A stretch of 64,000 nucleotides of DNA, taken from contig JAQGDQ010000690.1 of the NCBI GenBank assembly GCA_030141605.1, forward strand, positions 1-64,000, written 5' to 3'. Made by a program: the position numbers and the translations under genes. Origin of the DNA: Tubiluchus corallicola (lineage: Eukaryota > Animalia > Priapulida). The notes below the pieces were generated by a model. It was not told the DNA's origin, did not search any database, and saw only the letters and a program-made list of their open reading frames with translations. This document shows, in pieces, positions 1-12,930 of this stretch (position 1 is its first letter; every line of letters begins with the position of its first letter).

Positions 1-2072
1 TAAGAAGATTGCATTGGATTGGGCATACAGTAAGATTAAATGGTCTGACAGAATATCCAATGATGACCTGTATGATGTGGTCAAGTAAAATCCTTTTAGT
101 AAACAAATACAAGTAAGAAGATTGCATTGGATTGAGCATGCACTAACATTAAATGGCCTGACAGAAGATCCAATGATGACCTGTATGATGTGGTCAAGTA
201 AAATCCTTGGAGTAAACAAATACAAGTAAGAAGATTGGATTGAATTGGGCATACACTAAGATTAAATGGTCTGACAGAATATCCAATGATGACCTGTATG
301 ATGTGGTCAAGAAGAATCCTTGGAGTAAACAAATACAAGTAAGAAGATTGCACTGGATTGGGCATACACTAAGATTAAATGGTCTGACAGAATATCCAAT
401 GATGATCTGTATGATGTGGTCAAGTAGAATCCTTGGAGTAAACAAATACAAGTAAGAAGATTGCAATGGATTGGGCATACACTAAGATTAAATGGTCTGA
501 CAGAATATCCAATGATGACCTGTATGATGTGGTCAAGAAGAATTCTTGGAGTAAACAAATACAAGTAAGAAGATTGCATTGGATTGGGCATACACTAAGA
601 TTAAATGGTCTGACAGAATATCCAATGATGACCTGTATGATGTGGTCAAGTAAAATCCTTGGAGTAAACAAATACAAGTAAGAAGATTGCATTGGATTGG
701 GCATACACTAAGATTAAATGGTCTGACAGAATATCCAATGATGACCTATATGATGTGGTCAAGAAGAATCCTTGGAGTAAACAAATACAAGTAAGAAGAT
801 TGCACTGGATTGGGCATACACTAAGATTAAATGGTCTGACAGAATATCCAATGATGATCTGTATGATGTGGTCAAGTAGAATCCTTGGAGTAAACAAATA
901 CAAGTAAGAAGATTGCATTGGATTGGGCATACACTAAGATTAAATGGTCTGACAGAATATCCAATGATGACCTGTATGATGTGGTCAAGAAGAATTCTTG
1001 GAGTAAACAAATACAAGTAAGAAGATTGCATTGGATTGAGCATACAGTAAGATTAAATGGTCTGACAGAATATCCAATGATGATCTGTATGATGTGGTCA
1101 AGTAAAATCCTTGGAGTAAACAAATACAAGTAAGAAGATTGCATTGGATTGAGCATGTACTAAGAGTAAATGGCCTGACAGAATATCCAATGATGATCTG
1201 TATGATGTGGTCAAGAAGAATCCTTGGAGTAAACAAATACAAGCAAGAAGATTGCATTGGATTGGGCATGCACTAAGATTAAATGGACTGACAGAATATC
1301 CAATGATGGCCTGTATGATGTGGTCAAGTAAAATCCTTGGAGTAAACAAATACAAGCAAGAAGATTGCATTGGATTGAGCATACACTAAGATTAAATGGC
1401 CTGACAGAATATCCAATGATGGCCTGTATGATGTGGTCAAGTAAAATCCTTGGAGTAAACAAATACAAGTAAGAAGATTGCATTGGATTGGGCATGCACT
1501 AAGATTAAATGGTCTGACAGAATATCCAATGATGACCTGTATGATGTGGTCAAGTAAAATCCTTGGAGTAAACAAATACAAGTAAGAAGATTGCATTGGA
1601 TTGGGCATACACTAAGATTAAATGGTCTGACAGAATATCCAATGATGACCTGTATGATGTGGTCAAGTAGAATCCTTGGAGTAAACAAATACAAGTAAGA
1701 AGATTGCATTGGATTGGGCATACACTAAGATTAAATGGTCTGACAGAATATCCAATGATGATCTGTATGATGTGGTCAAGTAAAATCCTTAGAGTAAACA
1801 AATACAAGTAAGAAGATTGCATTGGATTGGGCCTACACTAACATTAAATGGCCTGACAGAATATCCAATGATGACCTGTATGATGTGGTCAAGAAGAATT
1901 CTTGGAGTAAACAAATACAAGTAAGAAGATTGCATTGGATTGGGCATGCACTAAGATTAAATGGTCTGACAGAATATCCAATGATGATCTGTATGATGTG
2001 GTCAAGAAGAATCCTTGAAATAAACAAATACAAGTAAGAAGATTGCATTGCATTGGGCATACACTAAGATTA
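1..2072 (+). repeat. 113-bp tandem satellite (~18 units, truncated by the window start) derived from LINE ORF2 C-terminal coding sequence
   Basis: The unit taagattaaatggtctgacagaatatcc...gggcatacac recurs every 113 bp. It translates IKWSDRISNDDLYDVVKKNPWSKQIQVRRLHWIGHTLRL, matching the W-D-ISN...RRL-W-GH-LR motif of RTE-type ORF2. Confidence 0.95.
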
Positions 2073-2320
2073 CCTCAAGAGTCTCCTCTTCCTGTAGCAT
2101 TACGTTAAACTCTGGAATTAACAAAAAACCGAGAGGAGGTCAGCTACTGTCCGGTAAGTAGATATAATGCAAAAAGATTTAGTAGATACAACTCTAGATT
2201 TGAGGGATGCATGGGCGGTAGACAAGAACGACTGGCATCAACAGGTGGGATGTGCCATGTTTTAGAACGTAGAGGCACCTAGATGATGATGATGATGACG
2301 ACGATGATGACAGTGATGGA
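2073..2320 (+). mobile_element. Decayed 3' end of an RTE-like non-LTR retrotransposon with (GAT)n tail
   Basis: Continues in frame from the last satellite unit (LRLPQESPLPVALR*, later QKDLVDTTLDLRDAWAVDKNDW), then a gatgatgat tail at 2282-2310. Confidence 0.75.
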
Positions 2321-3248
2321 TGGGCGACCATAAAACTCAAGTCAAGCTAAAAAATTCAATACTATGCACATAAAAAAACTGTAATTTTACTCAATATTCA
2401 CAAGTAATTTAAGAACTAAGTACATACAGCATTATAATAACAATTATAACGGTAAATTTGCACATCAATTTTTGGCAACTTGCCAAACGAAGTTTAAAGG
2501 GAAAGAAAAAGGACTTTTAAAATAAACCCCCAAAGAACTTTCTATACAAAATCATATTACTTTGCATTATACATACTTGCTTGAAATACTCATGTGATTG
2601 GAAAAGAAAATTCTTAAATAATTTAAAATATTCGTGCCATCTGGTAAAACATCGCTGTATCGCCATCCCAGTGTGCACCATTGGCTCACGAAAATACGAA
2701 AATACACATTGCAAATGTTACTGACTTACATCATATATCATGTTATATATTTATAACAGTCATTAACGAGAGTCCAAATTTACAAGTTTTATACAGCGTC
2801 GTTGCTAATGCAAGCTCTGCATACAATAGGACAGTATGTAAATTTTTTAAACTTTTGAAGAGGGGTTCTTGTGCTTTAAGCACTTCCGACGTTCAATTTT
2901 CGTCAAATGACGTGACATCAAATACAAACTGAAACTGTTTAGAGTTCCGTCTAAAGTAACTGCATCCGAAGAGCGCGTTCAAACATGAAATCAAAATTTC
3001 GTATGCGACGCACGTACGGATCTCGCACATAGCTAAGTGAAACTCGTTCACAATGAACGTAGCAAATTTAATTTTAATGAACAAAAACTCAACGATTCAG
3101 CATTGATCTAAAGCCCTCAATTGCGTACTCCCTAGTGAAATCTTCAACCACAAGAGGGCGAGCGGGTATTATGCATTGAAACAAATCTTACTCCCACTCA
3201 CAGTGACTTCAAGTTAGTGGCACTAAGTAAGTGATTACTTAGCAGCTA

Positions 3249-3292
3249 AAGTTAAGCAATGCTTAGCGTTGATAGTAACTGGATGGATGACC
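3249..3292 (+). mobile_element. Degenerate 5S rRNA/SINE3 internal-promoter fragment
   Basis: aagttaagcaa...tagtaactggatggatgacc aligns to the box A to box C segment of the 5S head at 12481-12524. Confidence 0.55.
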
Positions 3293-3679
3293 GAAGAAAA
3301 GTTGCTTGCATCTTGATTTTTGACAATAAACTTCATTTTGTTCCCTTCACAACCTTGTACATTAACACCAACTTGAAGTTCAAATCCAGATCTAGTTTTG
3401 CAAGAAGCTAAACAACCTAAAATAAACAGTCAGTCTGAGGAATTAGGTCAAAAGCTGACAAATGGCAACCCTCCTAGATTGCACTAGGTTTAGGAACAAA
3501 ACATGCAATGACAGTAAGGAGTTTCACATAGAAACAGCACCGGGGACAAATCTCATACCCCTTGATGTGGTAGAATGCTTTATGTTTGCAAAATTGCAAG
3601 TGCACACACATGTGTAATGAAGATAGGGTAGCAGTTAATAATTTTATCTTTATTGTACTTTCAAAAATGAAAGTCAGCT

Positions 3680-3737
3680 TGGATTTGAACCAGAAACCAC
3701 TGATGTGTAAGATTAACATTTTACCCACTATTGCACC
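3680..3737 (-). mobile_element. tRNA-like SINE head remnant
   Basis: The minus strand has an A-box-like ggtgcaatagtgg and a B-box ggttcaaatcc at tRNA-like spacing. Confidence 0.4.
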
Positions 3738-3761
3738 CAGACTCTGGTAACTCTGCACCGT

Positions 3762-4156
3762 CACACATGTCCCAATGTTACACATGTTGCACATGTCTCA
3801 ATGTTACACATATCCAAATGTTACACATGTCTCAATCTTTCACATGTTCGAATGTTACACATGTTATACGTCTCAATGTTACACATGTCTCTATTTTACA
3901 CATGTCCCAATGCTACACATGTTACACGCATCTCAATGTTACACTTATCCGAATGTTACACATGTCTCAATGTTACACATATCCAAATGTTATGTTACAC
4001 ATGCCCAATCTTACACGTCTCAATGCCACACATATCCGAATGCTACACATGTTACTCATGTCCCAATAATACATGTGTTACACATGTCCCAATGTTACAC
4101 AGTTCCTAATGTTACACATCTCCCTATTTTACACATGTCTCAATGTTACACATGTA
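3762..4156. repeat. Irregular minisatellite built on aatgttacacatgtctc-type units
   Basis: About 25 imperfect copies of (a)atgttacacat(gtc/atc). Explains the overlapping repetitive ORFs here. Confidence 0.9.
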
Positions 4157-5010
4157 CCAATTATATTATATATTACAATTCCAAATGATTTACTAACCAG
4201 TGTGACACTTGTAGGGATAATCGGTTCCAGGAATTTATTCCCCAAGGGATTTTCCCAATAGTAAGTCCAGAAAGAGGAACAAATAAGTGTAATTAATTGT
4301 ATTATATGTATATTATGCATTATATTTAAGTTCATGTAAAGAAGTTGGCATTTGGGTGGAGACAAGTCAAACAGTTTGTAAAAATATGTAAAAATTAAGT
4401 CATTATTAAAGAGTGACCAATAGCATGTTCCAAGAATGCTTGTACTATTTATGATTTTCTGAGAATTCTTATTGTATTATAAAAATGGGTCATCTATTCA
4501 CATCCTGACAATATCTAATGATGCTTAACTTGCAAACTACGTGTTCAAAACCTTCAACACGTTCACAGTGATTTCCATAGCTGAAAATTTTTAAGAGCAT
4601 TTTATTATTGCTATCCGAACGAAATATATCGTTGAGTAAATTATCTGAAGTTGATCCTAACAAAGATAAAGTAAAGATATTCTTCATAAAACAACAGGGG
4701 AGGCAGGTTTGCACATCCCTGGTCTCTTGCTCAGGTTGCAAGAAGATAAGAATTGAACAACTGGAAACAATCATTAAAGTCAGGTTTTCAAAATTTTCTA
4801 ACCAAGCTTCTAATTTAGTGAATAAATTCAGTCAAAGTCTCTCTCAAAACCGCGAAACTGGTTTCAACACACCCGAGCATTGCACTAAATTGCTGAAATA
4901 GCAAATAACAGATGGCAGCACCTTACTGAGTCACCAGGTTGGTGTTATTATATTATTCCACTGTGTGACCAAGGAGCAAAAATTATAAACGTGACCGATT
5001 TCTTATCCTT

Positions 5011-5538
5011 AAGGAAAACCGGATGATTGTGTAAACATTAGTTCAAAGTAAAGTGGCTCTAAAATGTGAAAAACTTAAATCAAATAAATTTAAACTTAAT
5101 CAAAGCTTAGATTAAATAATAATTACCTCGGATAGTTAAATTTCGTTTAACTTTCAAAGCTGCGCGTGGCTCAGTGAGTCCACTAAGACAGGATTTTTTG
5201 ACATATTCGCTTGGCCGGCAAATAGGCGCGGTACCGTGATAAGCACGATCACGAACTGCAGTGTTCATCTGTGACATCAGTGTGACGTAGGGCTCATTTT
5301 CGTGACATCACATCAGCGTCTTACAACAATCCTCGCTTGCGCAAACGTGCTTGACGTGCAGGGAAGATGCCTGCCATTGCGTAAACTGTGGTTAATTTGT
5401 GACGTAGCTCTGTTCGGTATTTCTTAATTAACTTTCCGAGGTAATTATTCAAATTCCTAATTTTCATAGGCAAGAAAATGCATATTTTGGACAGTAAATT
5501 AAAATGAGATTGAGTCTAATCAATCGTCCGGTCTTCCT
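5011..5538. mobile_element. Non-autonomous DNA transposon (MITE), TTAA-flanked, Kolobok-like
   Basis: TIRs aggaaaaccggatgattg / caatcgtccggtcttcct with ttaa flanks. Related copies at ~13147-13430, ~14160-14400 and ~41630-41890. Confidence 0.7.
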
Positions 5539-5742
5539 TTAACTTAACTCCAGGAAATGAATCAGGTATGGATACGTCCCACCACTAGTGACATCTAGTG
5601 GTTAAATTGAAACTTCATCTGCATTAAATCCAATCCCTTGATCAATTCTTGCTTTCCATGCATAAGTTATTCAGACAATGCTATTAATTCCATTTTGATA
5701 GCAACGTAACGTCAAATTCTAGCTCAACATTTTCAAGGTTAC

Positions 5743-5870
5743 CTCAAATTTTAGATACATTCTCCATACGAGGACGGAATGAACGCCAGGTGGCGATGTT
5801 ACCGCTCTTTCAAACAAGTGACGAAGTCTGTTGCTGACCCCCGTCTCTCCAGCAGTCTCTGAGATGACCC
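5743..5870 (-). CDS. NRDE2: NRDE2 coding exon 10
   Basis: tttag| ...NRLRHLFERAVTSPPGVHSVLVWRMYLKFE |gtaac; phase 1 to 0. Confidence 0.88.
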
Positions 5871-6802
5871 CTAAACAAACAGCAGAAAAATGGAAATCAC
5901 TTGCTATTTATCCCCGTCACTTTTTACATACCTGTATATATATATATATTTATATTATATTATATTACATTACATTACATTACATTATATTATATGTTTA
6001 TATATATTTAAATCAGACTGTCTCAACATACTACACAGAAACAAAGTACATATTACTTTGATATATATATATATATATATATATTACTTTGGATATCTCT
6101 TCTTTGTTGTAAATTTTTTTTAATAACCATTAAAAATGATTAATAACAATGATACAAAAATATTAAAGAAAAACCAAACCCAATCTTAAGCTGTAGGTCA
6201 AAATAATCTAAAATATTGAAAGAAAACATACTATTTTTTCCGGAATGGCTTACGTGAAAGAATTATTACCACACAAACACAATTTCACGTTCGCGCCACT
6301 AGTTCCTCGCTGTTACATGCATTTCGCCATTTGCTAGTTAGACAGAAACTAGCACCTGCATTTCAGAAATGCCTTGTCTAAAAACAGGTGCAGTACCTCT
6401 CAGTTCAGATGTGTTATCTTGTGATGAATTACACATGTTCTACAGCTCATGCATGAGCACAGCAGTAAATTTGAAATTTGAATTTTTATCTTAAAACTTG
6501 CCGAGCTTTAATACAACACACTGAATATCTTACAGTAGCACTGTACTGCAATTTTCTCTTTCGCAAACACCTGCAACGCGCTCGTGGAATATTTTGCTGT
6601 TGAAAATTATATTAGTTTGTGATGTCATCAATAATTTGGCTCGCCCACCCGTTAATTAAGACTTTATTCTAACATCTAATTATCAGAAACACGATTGCAG
6701 TGTTAAAATGTATGATTTTATTGGACTTATAGGGTAGTATATGAAAAATCATCCTGTCTTTCTTTAGGCTTATGCACAAAAAATTATTTTATGCTATTTT
6801 AC

Positions 6803-6953
6803 CTGAGTTTTCCAGAATCGCATGTTGCTTAAGGAGTTCCGAATAAATGGCAAACACCCACGGAATCGGGGTGACGGAACGCGCGCACGCACGATCAAAG
6901 AACCGTCGCAACCGTCCGGTGATGTGAGCGCGGTGTTCCAGATTCACAAATGC
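6803..6953 (-). CDS. NRDE2: NRDE2 coding exon 9
   Basis: tgcag| AFVNLEHRAHITGRLRRFFD...ILENS |gtaaa; phase 0 to 1. Confidence 0.88.
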
Positions 6954-7169
6954 CTGCAAAATGACAACAACGATGTGAGTAAACAACTTTGAACAAACGT
7001 AGTACTATCAATCTTATAAGACTTCAATACCAAAGCTATCTGTAGTCGTACAGCTAAATCCTAATAGATTAACCAGGCTAGTTAACACCTTCACGACCGC
7101 AGAATTCAAAATATGTCTTATAAAACCGATGACTCTTCTGCTACTGTATGAGCACAGACATAACTAAAT

Positions 7170-7610
7170 GAGGTGCAGGCTATGCACTGAAAAACATAAT
7201 ATTGAGAAAATCACCATTAACGTCAGCCATCGGTTTTTGTCGCGTTTCTACAAAACACTTAGCAACTGCACAAATGTTGGTTTGCTTCGGACTTTGGAAG
7301 AACACATTGAAGCTATGTTTAAATGCAGTAGGTGGCTTTGCTGACGAAGATCTGGGCTTGACAACAGAAAAATCCCGAAGCAAAATGACTGCTTCCATGA
7401 GCTGCTATCGGAGTTTAAAAATACGAGCTTTTTGCAATTGCAGTGCTAGTCTCTAGACAGAAAAGTGGGTTCAGGATTATAAAATTAAATTTTTAGTATT
7501 TTTTGAACATTTTCTTGATAATTTGATGCTAGAATATAAACGTCCAGTATATTTAACATTTGTTTTTTATAAAAAAATTGACATTTAAGCAAATGTTGGT
7601 GCTTTTTCCT
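7170..7610. mobile_element. Fragment of a large interspersed TTAA-type DNA transposon family
   Basis: Aligns by eye with 43750-44160. Confidence 0.65.
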
Positions 7611-7917
7611 TTGAAAAATCATAATGTCATTTTAAGTAAGCCAACTTATGGTGGCTTTCATTTGCAAACTAAAACCGTTTCTATATATTTTTTCTATATA
7701 CTATATACTGTTTCTATATACTTTTTAAATTTACGCTAGTCTTAATGCCAGTCTTAGGTATAAAGTTGCATATATACACGTACAATGTATATGATTATAC
7801 ATTATTTCTATATACATTATATATGCATTATACGTGAATACAAGCGACTTAATACGTAAGTGGCATTAAGACTAGCGTAAATTTAAAAAGCATAACGGAA
7901 CAATTCCTATACGCTAC

Positions 7918-9221
7918 CTGAAGTAGGTCGCCATTGTGCGGAAAGTTATCCAGAGCTTTCTCCAGGTGAGTTCTGAGCATGCTCAGTGGTGTCACATTCA
8001 ACGCGGCGTGATACGTCAACAACCGCACACAATTCACCAACACGAACTCATAATCTCCGTACAGCGTGTACAAACGTGCGTCGAACCTCGGCGACTCCTG
8101 CTCGCCAAATTGGCACGCGTCCGCATAGGCCGCCCAGATTCTGTCCGTTAATCGTAGCAAAGGTCGCAATCCGTCCGCGAGGTAAACGAACAAAATGGAA
8201 CACCACAAAAGAGAGACGGCATCGGAGGGGAAGAAAAACGCTTCCCCCGCGCTCTCTTTAATATGGCACAGGTAGCTATGAACCTTGTCCAAAAACCAGT
8301 TTTTACACTTTAAGAGCTGCACGGATGTCAGAGGCGTATCCAACCTGCTCTCCTCTAAACCCGTTACGAGCGATAACACCTTCAGTACCTTCTCTTTGGT
8401 ATAAGTAGTCTGAGTTTCCATCACAGATGTACGTCTCAAACCCAATTCTAGTTCACCGTAAGTACAGATCAACCTACACAAGTCGTAATTAACATCTGCA
8501 CTATGACCAGCGCTGACCATAGATATGGCAGTATCGAACACCTTTCTCGCATCTTTCGTGTTGCCTAGCGACCATTCAAATGATCCGTATGCTTCGTACA
8601 GCGACAAATTGTTGCGATTTTGCTCTTCCCGCATTAGCGCTTTTATTCTCTTCTTAACATTTTTTGCGCTAGATTTTGTCTGGTTGTCGGCATTGCTGCG
8701 ATACAATGCCATTTCAAACTTCGCACGCAGAAGCAGGAGATGGTTGCTTAGCGACACGTCATGAAACGTAGACGATACCGAAGAGATTACGTTTCGAACG
8801 AATTCGTCCCCATCTAGAAAACAACAATCGGCCATGCGCAAGTCAAACTTTTCCAGCACAGTGGTCTCAGAAGTGACTATCAGCTGAGTTGGATGAATTT
8901 TGCCCAATTGTACATATCGATGAAACTGGAAGGCAGAAGATGGAAAGAGCGAACTTTCCTCCACCCCAAGAAATGACAAAAAGCTCGCAGCCAACTCAAA
9001 CTTCAGTCTTTCCGAACTAAAACGAAACAGAATCGAGTTTACGTCGTCGAACAAAACCAGGCGGTCGGGATCCTCACAGTCGTCCTCCGATTGCCCAGCG
9101 GCCGATCGCCATGACAACCAGTGACGATTTCCTCGCAGTGTTTCGATTCGCATCCACGCTGTAGATTTATCGGGTCGTGAAGAAATGATTCTGTCTTCCA
9201 AAATATCCTGTTCTGCAGTCT
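7918..9221 (-). CDS. NRDE2: NRDE2 coding exon 8 (1304 nt)
   Basis: Lies inside ORF 7849..9360; acceptor gttacag, donor gtagc; contains WMRIETLR...EDPDRLVLFDDV. Confidence 0.92.
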
Positions 9222-9684
9222 CTGTAACAAAAAAAACAGATTTTGAATAAGCTGGGTAGACCACATGGCCTATGACACGAGCAACGCAGCACAGTAGCAT
9301 TGCACCTGAATATTTTTTCCACAGACACGAGCAACCTGCTCGCAGAGTGTAGGCAGACAAATATTAAACATGGCAGAGTCAAAACCAAGCCCTGCGACCT
9401 TGGAAATTTTATCACACCAGAACACGGTATTATTTACTACCTAGTCTGGTTGCTATAGCAACAGGTTGCAGGTAGAATCCCTTCTCACAAAGTTTGTTCA
9501 CATATCTCGCTTGATAGAAACAGCAGCTAGTACAGTAGTCAAAAACATGTTTAATAATTGCTCAGTTTATGTTACTAATGCACTTTTAAAACAGGATAAT
9601 GTAATATGTGTCACTTTAACGCTTCAAATTAAGTAAAAAAAGATGTTGATAATGATGAAAAATGAAAATTGGCTTTGAGCAAAG

Positions 9685-10725
9685 TAAAAAAAATAGTTGT
9701 TAAAGTGAAACATGTGTCACTGAGTGAAAAAAATCGTCGTTAAAGTGAAACATGTGTCACTGAGTGAAAGAAAATCGTTGCTTAAGTGAAACATGTGTCG
9801 TTAAGTGAAAAAAATCGTTGTTAAAGTGAAACATGTGTCACTCAGTGAAAAAAATCATTGTTAAAGTGAAACATGTGTCACTAAGTGAAAAAAATCATTG
9901 TTAAAGTGAAACATGTCGTTAAGTGAAAAAAAATCGTTTTTAAAGTGAAACATGTGTCACTGAGTGAAAAAAATCATTGTTAAAGTGAAACATGTGTCAC
10001 TAAGTGAAAAAAATCATTGTTAAAGTGAAACATGTCGTTAAGTGAAAAAAATCGTTTTTAAAGTGAAACATGTCGTTAAGTGAAAAAAAAATCGTTTTTA
10101 AAGTGAAACGTGTCACTAAGTGAAAAAAATCATTGTTAAAGTGAAACATGTCGTTAAGTGAAAAAAAATCATTGTTAAAGTGAAACATGTCGTTAAGTGA
10201 AAAAAAATCGTTTTTAAAGTGAAACATGTCGTTAAGTGAAAAAAAATCGTTTTTAAAGTGAAACATGTCGTTAAGTGAAAAAAAATCGTTTTTAAAGTGA
10301 AACATGTCGTTAAGTGAAAAAAAATCGTTTTTAAAGTGAAACATGTGTCACTGAGTGAAAGAAAATCGTTGCTTAAGTGAAACATGTGTCGTTAAGTGAA
10401 AAAAATCGTTGTTAAAGTGAAACATGTGTCACTCAGTGAAAAAAATCATTGTTAAAGTGAAACATGTGTCACTAAGTGAAAAAAATCATTGTTAAAGTGA
10501 AACATGTCGTTAAGTGAAAAAAAATCGTTTTTAAAGTGAAACATGTGTCACTGAGTGAAAAAAATCATTGTTAAAGTGAAACATGTGGCACTAAGTGAAA
10601 AAAATCATTGTTAAAGTGAAACATGTCGTTAAGTGAAAAAAAATCGTTTTTAAAGTGAAACATGTCGTTAAGTGAAAAAAAATCGTTTGTAAAGTGAAAC
10701 GTGTCGTTAAGCGAAAAAGATGTCA
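9685..10725. repeat. ~37-40 bp minisatellite (~27 units)
   Basis: Unit aaaaaaatc(a/g)tt(g/t)ttaaagtgaaacatgt(gt)c(act/gtt)aagtg. Confidence 0.95.
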
Positions 10726-10874
10726 AATGTTCAGCATCATTAAAATGAAACGTCACTAAACGGGGAATCGTTAATGTACTTCAAAATGGGGTGAGATATG
10801 AAGAATCAACCTGTTTCCGATAAACTGGGAATTTCCCTATTACTAACTAAAAATAAGATTACTACTCTACTTAC

Positions 10875-10954
10875 CTTCTATACTACCCGGTAGCTTTGTT
10901 CCATTACGGTGCTTACACCATGCTGACCAACCCAGTGCACCATTTTCACCTATT
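10875..10954 (-). CDS. NRDE2: NRDE2 coding exon 7
   Basis: ttcag| (R)IGENGALGWSAWCKHRNGTKLPGSIE |gtaag; phase 2 to 1. Confidence 0.9.
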
Positions 10955-11177
10955 CTGAATAAACCAGAAATGTATTTTAATTGCCCATGATTACAATATT
11001 ACAATAAGTCTTCGCTTAACGATGCTAACGCTTTCGAGCAAAATGTGACGTTAAGCGAAACGTCGTCAAACGAAACCAAGAACTCGACAGAGAGCGATGC
11101 CAAAGAAATGAGATATGTTCCATAAGCAAAAATTCATGCTGCTTAAATAACATAAATTAAACATTTTATGGGCATTA

Positions 11178-11498
11178 CAGTCGACCCTCGTTAAACCGGA
11201 CCCCGTTAGCCCGGATATCGGATAAGACGGACGTCATCCATGGTAAAGGAAACTGACCGATTTCCACCGGTGCCGGAGCGCTAAACACAACACGGCCTAC
11301 CAACTGTACAATAATTTCTTTATCCTCACAGGTTAACTATTTTAAAGTAATATGAAGTATAGTATATAGTGCAATGTATATAGGCCTTATTAAAATGATT
11401 ATTCCTGTATAATATAGACCACACATAGGCATATCGGACAATCTGGTAAACCGAACCACCCACCCCGCCAATTAGTCCGTTATAACGAGGGTTGACTG
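11178..11498. mobile_element. Tc1/mariner-type MITE with TA flanks, nested in an older MITE (~11000-11790)
   Basis: ta|cagtcgaccctcgtta ... taacgagggttgactg|ta. An inverted homolog lies at 56156-56563. Confidence 0.85.
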
Positions 11499-12434
11499 TA
11501 CTCATATTTCAACTGGTTAATTTCTTTCTGCTTATTTAAAATCACTTTTATATCTTACTCATCTAATTAGCAGTTTCTCTTTCGTTAGTGTTTAAGTCTA
11601 GGCAGCAGTTAGACAATTAACACTGCAGCACAGTCAAAGCCAAGCCCTAGGACAACCTTGGCAATTTTGTCTAGAAACTTTTCTTTGAGCAAACCAAAAA
11701 AATTGTCGCTACAGTGAAACAGTGCATCGTTATGCGAAAACAAGTTTCAAATGTTCAGCGTCCTTAAACGCCGATATTCACATGTAGTATAACAATTGTC
11801 GGCGACGGCAATCGACTCAAAAAACTTTGCATAACAGTGTCAATATTTTTGTTCCACCTAATTAAAATGAAGCATTTGAGTGTGATCAATGAGCCTTTCC
11901 TACTTTTACGTCATCTTTACTCCACTTTTATGCACTATAATATACGTAGAAACAATCACGCTAAGTACAGCTTTGTTTGAAACCAGGTACATTTATCACG
12001 CACTAATACGCTAGCATAGCGGTTTTGCTTTGAATCCGTCACCTGTTCGTCCGCTGCAATTAACCTCGTTGCTCAAGAATTTGTGCAAGCTGAACGTTTA
12101 ATCACATGATTACAGGTTTGTTTTCGAAGTTCAAACACCTTTTCGCACAACGTTTAATCAATTAGCTGTTATGTTGCTGATGCAGAGGTAGTAATCTGCC
12201 AGTATTCTTTGGGACTTTATAAGTGCAAGCATCAGAGAGCAACTAAGAAGATAGAGTTAACTTTGAGAAATAAAGCATAAACATAAAGACCTAACATCTA
12301 AATCTCTCCCAACCTCTGCAGTGCATACAATGCTGAAGAGTGATGACTCGTACTTCTACATCCATGATAATAAAACTACATATTATTGTTAACAGATTAT
12401 AGGTATAACTATTCCAACATTAATGAACTTCTAA

Positions 12435-12550
12435 CTACGGCCAAATCACGTTGAAAACACCGGATCTCGTCTGATCACCGAAGTTAAGCAACGTAGAGCC
12501 TGGTTAGTGCTTGGATGGGTGACCACCTAGGAATACCAGGTGCTGTAGGC
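12435..12550 (+). pseudogene. 5S rRNA-derived sequence (head of the SINE, not a canonical 5S gene)
   Basis: ctacggccaaatcacgttgaaaacaccggatctcgtctgatcaccgaagttaagc...ggatgggtgacc...tgctgtaggc. No oligo-T terminator follows. Confidence 0.9.
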
Positions 12551-12930
12551 GTGCGGGATGCCCACACTGTACCTCGACATTAGGCGGAGAAGCTGTACAA
12601 GCAGCCAACAGCTAGAGGGCGGAGGAGGTCAAGTAGCCCAACTCCCGTGTAGAGGAGTAAACCTTCTAAATCAGGAGTGGAGCCCCGAGGGCGGACCAGT
12701 GCAGCATGCTCACTGACTCCGGCAGCTCCTGCTGCCAACCTGGTGCCAAACGTATCGCTCCGCTTTCCTTTGGACTACACCAGGGAGGAAGAGAGGGGGT
12801 TCCTGTGGCCTGGGCAACTCAGGATCTCCATACACCTTGCCCAGGCGTGCGCCCTGGAGACGTTCAAGGATCGGACTCTCTTGGAGCACATTCCATTGTC
12901 TTCTGAGACAGAAGGATGCCAACAACAACA
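12435..12930 (+). mobile_element. Full-length 5S rRNA-derived SINE (SINE3)
   Basis: 5S head at 12435-12550, GC-rich body, (caa)n tail, perfect 13-bp TSD aatgaacttctaa at 12422-12434 and 12931-12943. Confidence 0.92.

Noticed and set aside
96-2060. Series of 94-aa and 71-aa ORFs
   Set aside because: Products of the 113-bp periodicity; the only meaningful frame is LINE-derived and shifts every unit.
2321-5742. Remaining NRDE2 3' exons
   Set aside because: I could not find the expected C-terminal motif with splice sites; it probably lies left of the window, but I may have missed it.
7849-9360. 503-aa ORF as a stand-alone gene
   Set aside because: It is an internal NRDE2 exon plus intronic read-through at both ends.
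12435-12550. Functional 5S rRNA gene
   Set aside because: Lacks the first bases and the oligo-T terminator, and is fused to a body and tail inside a TSD.
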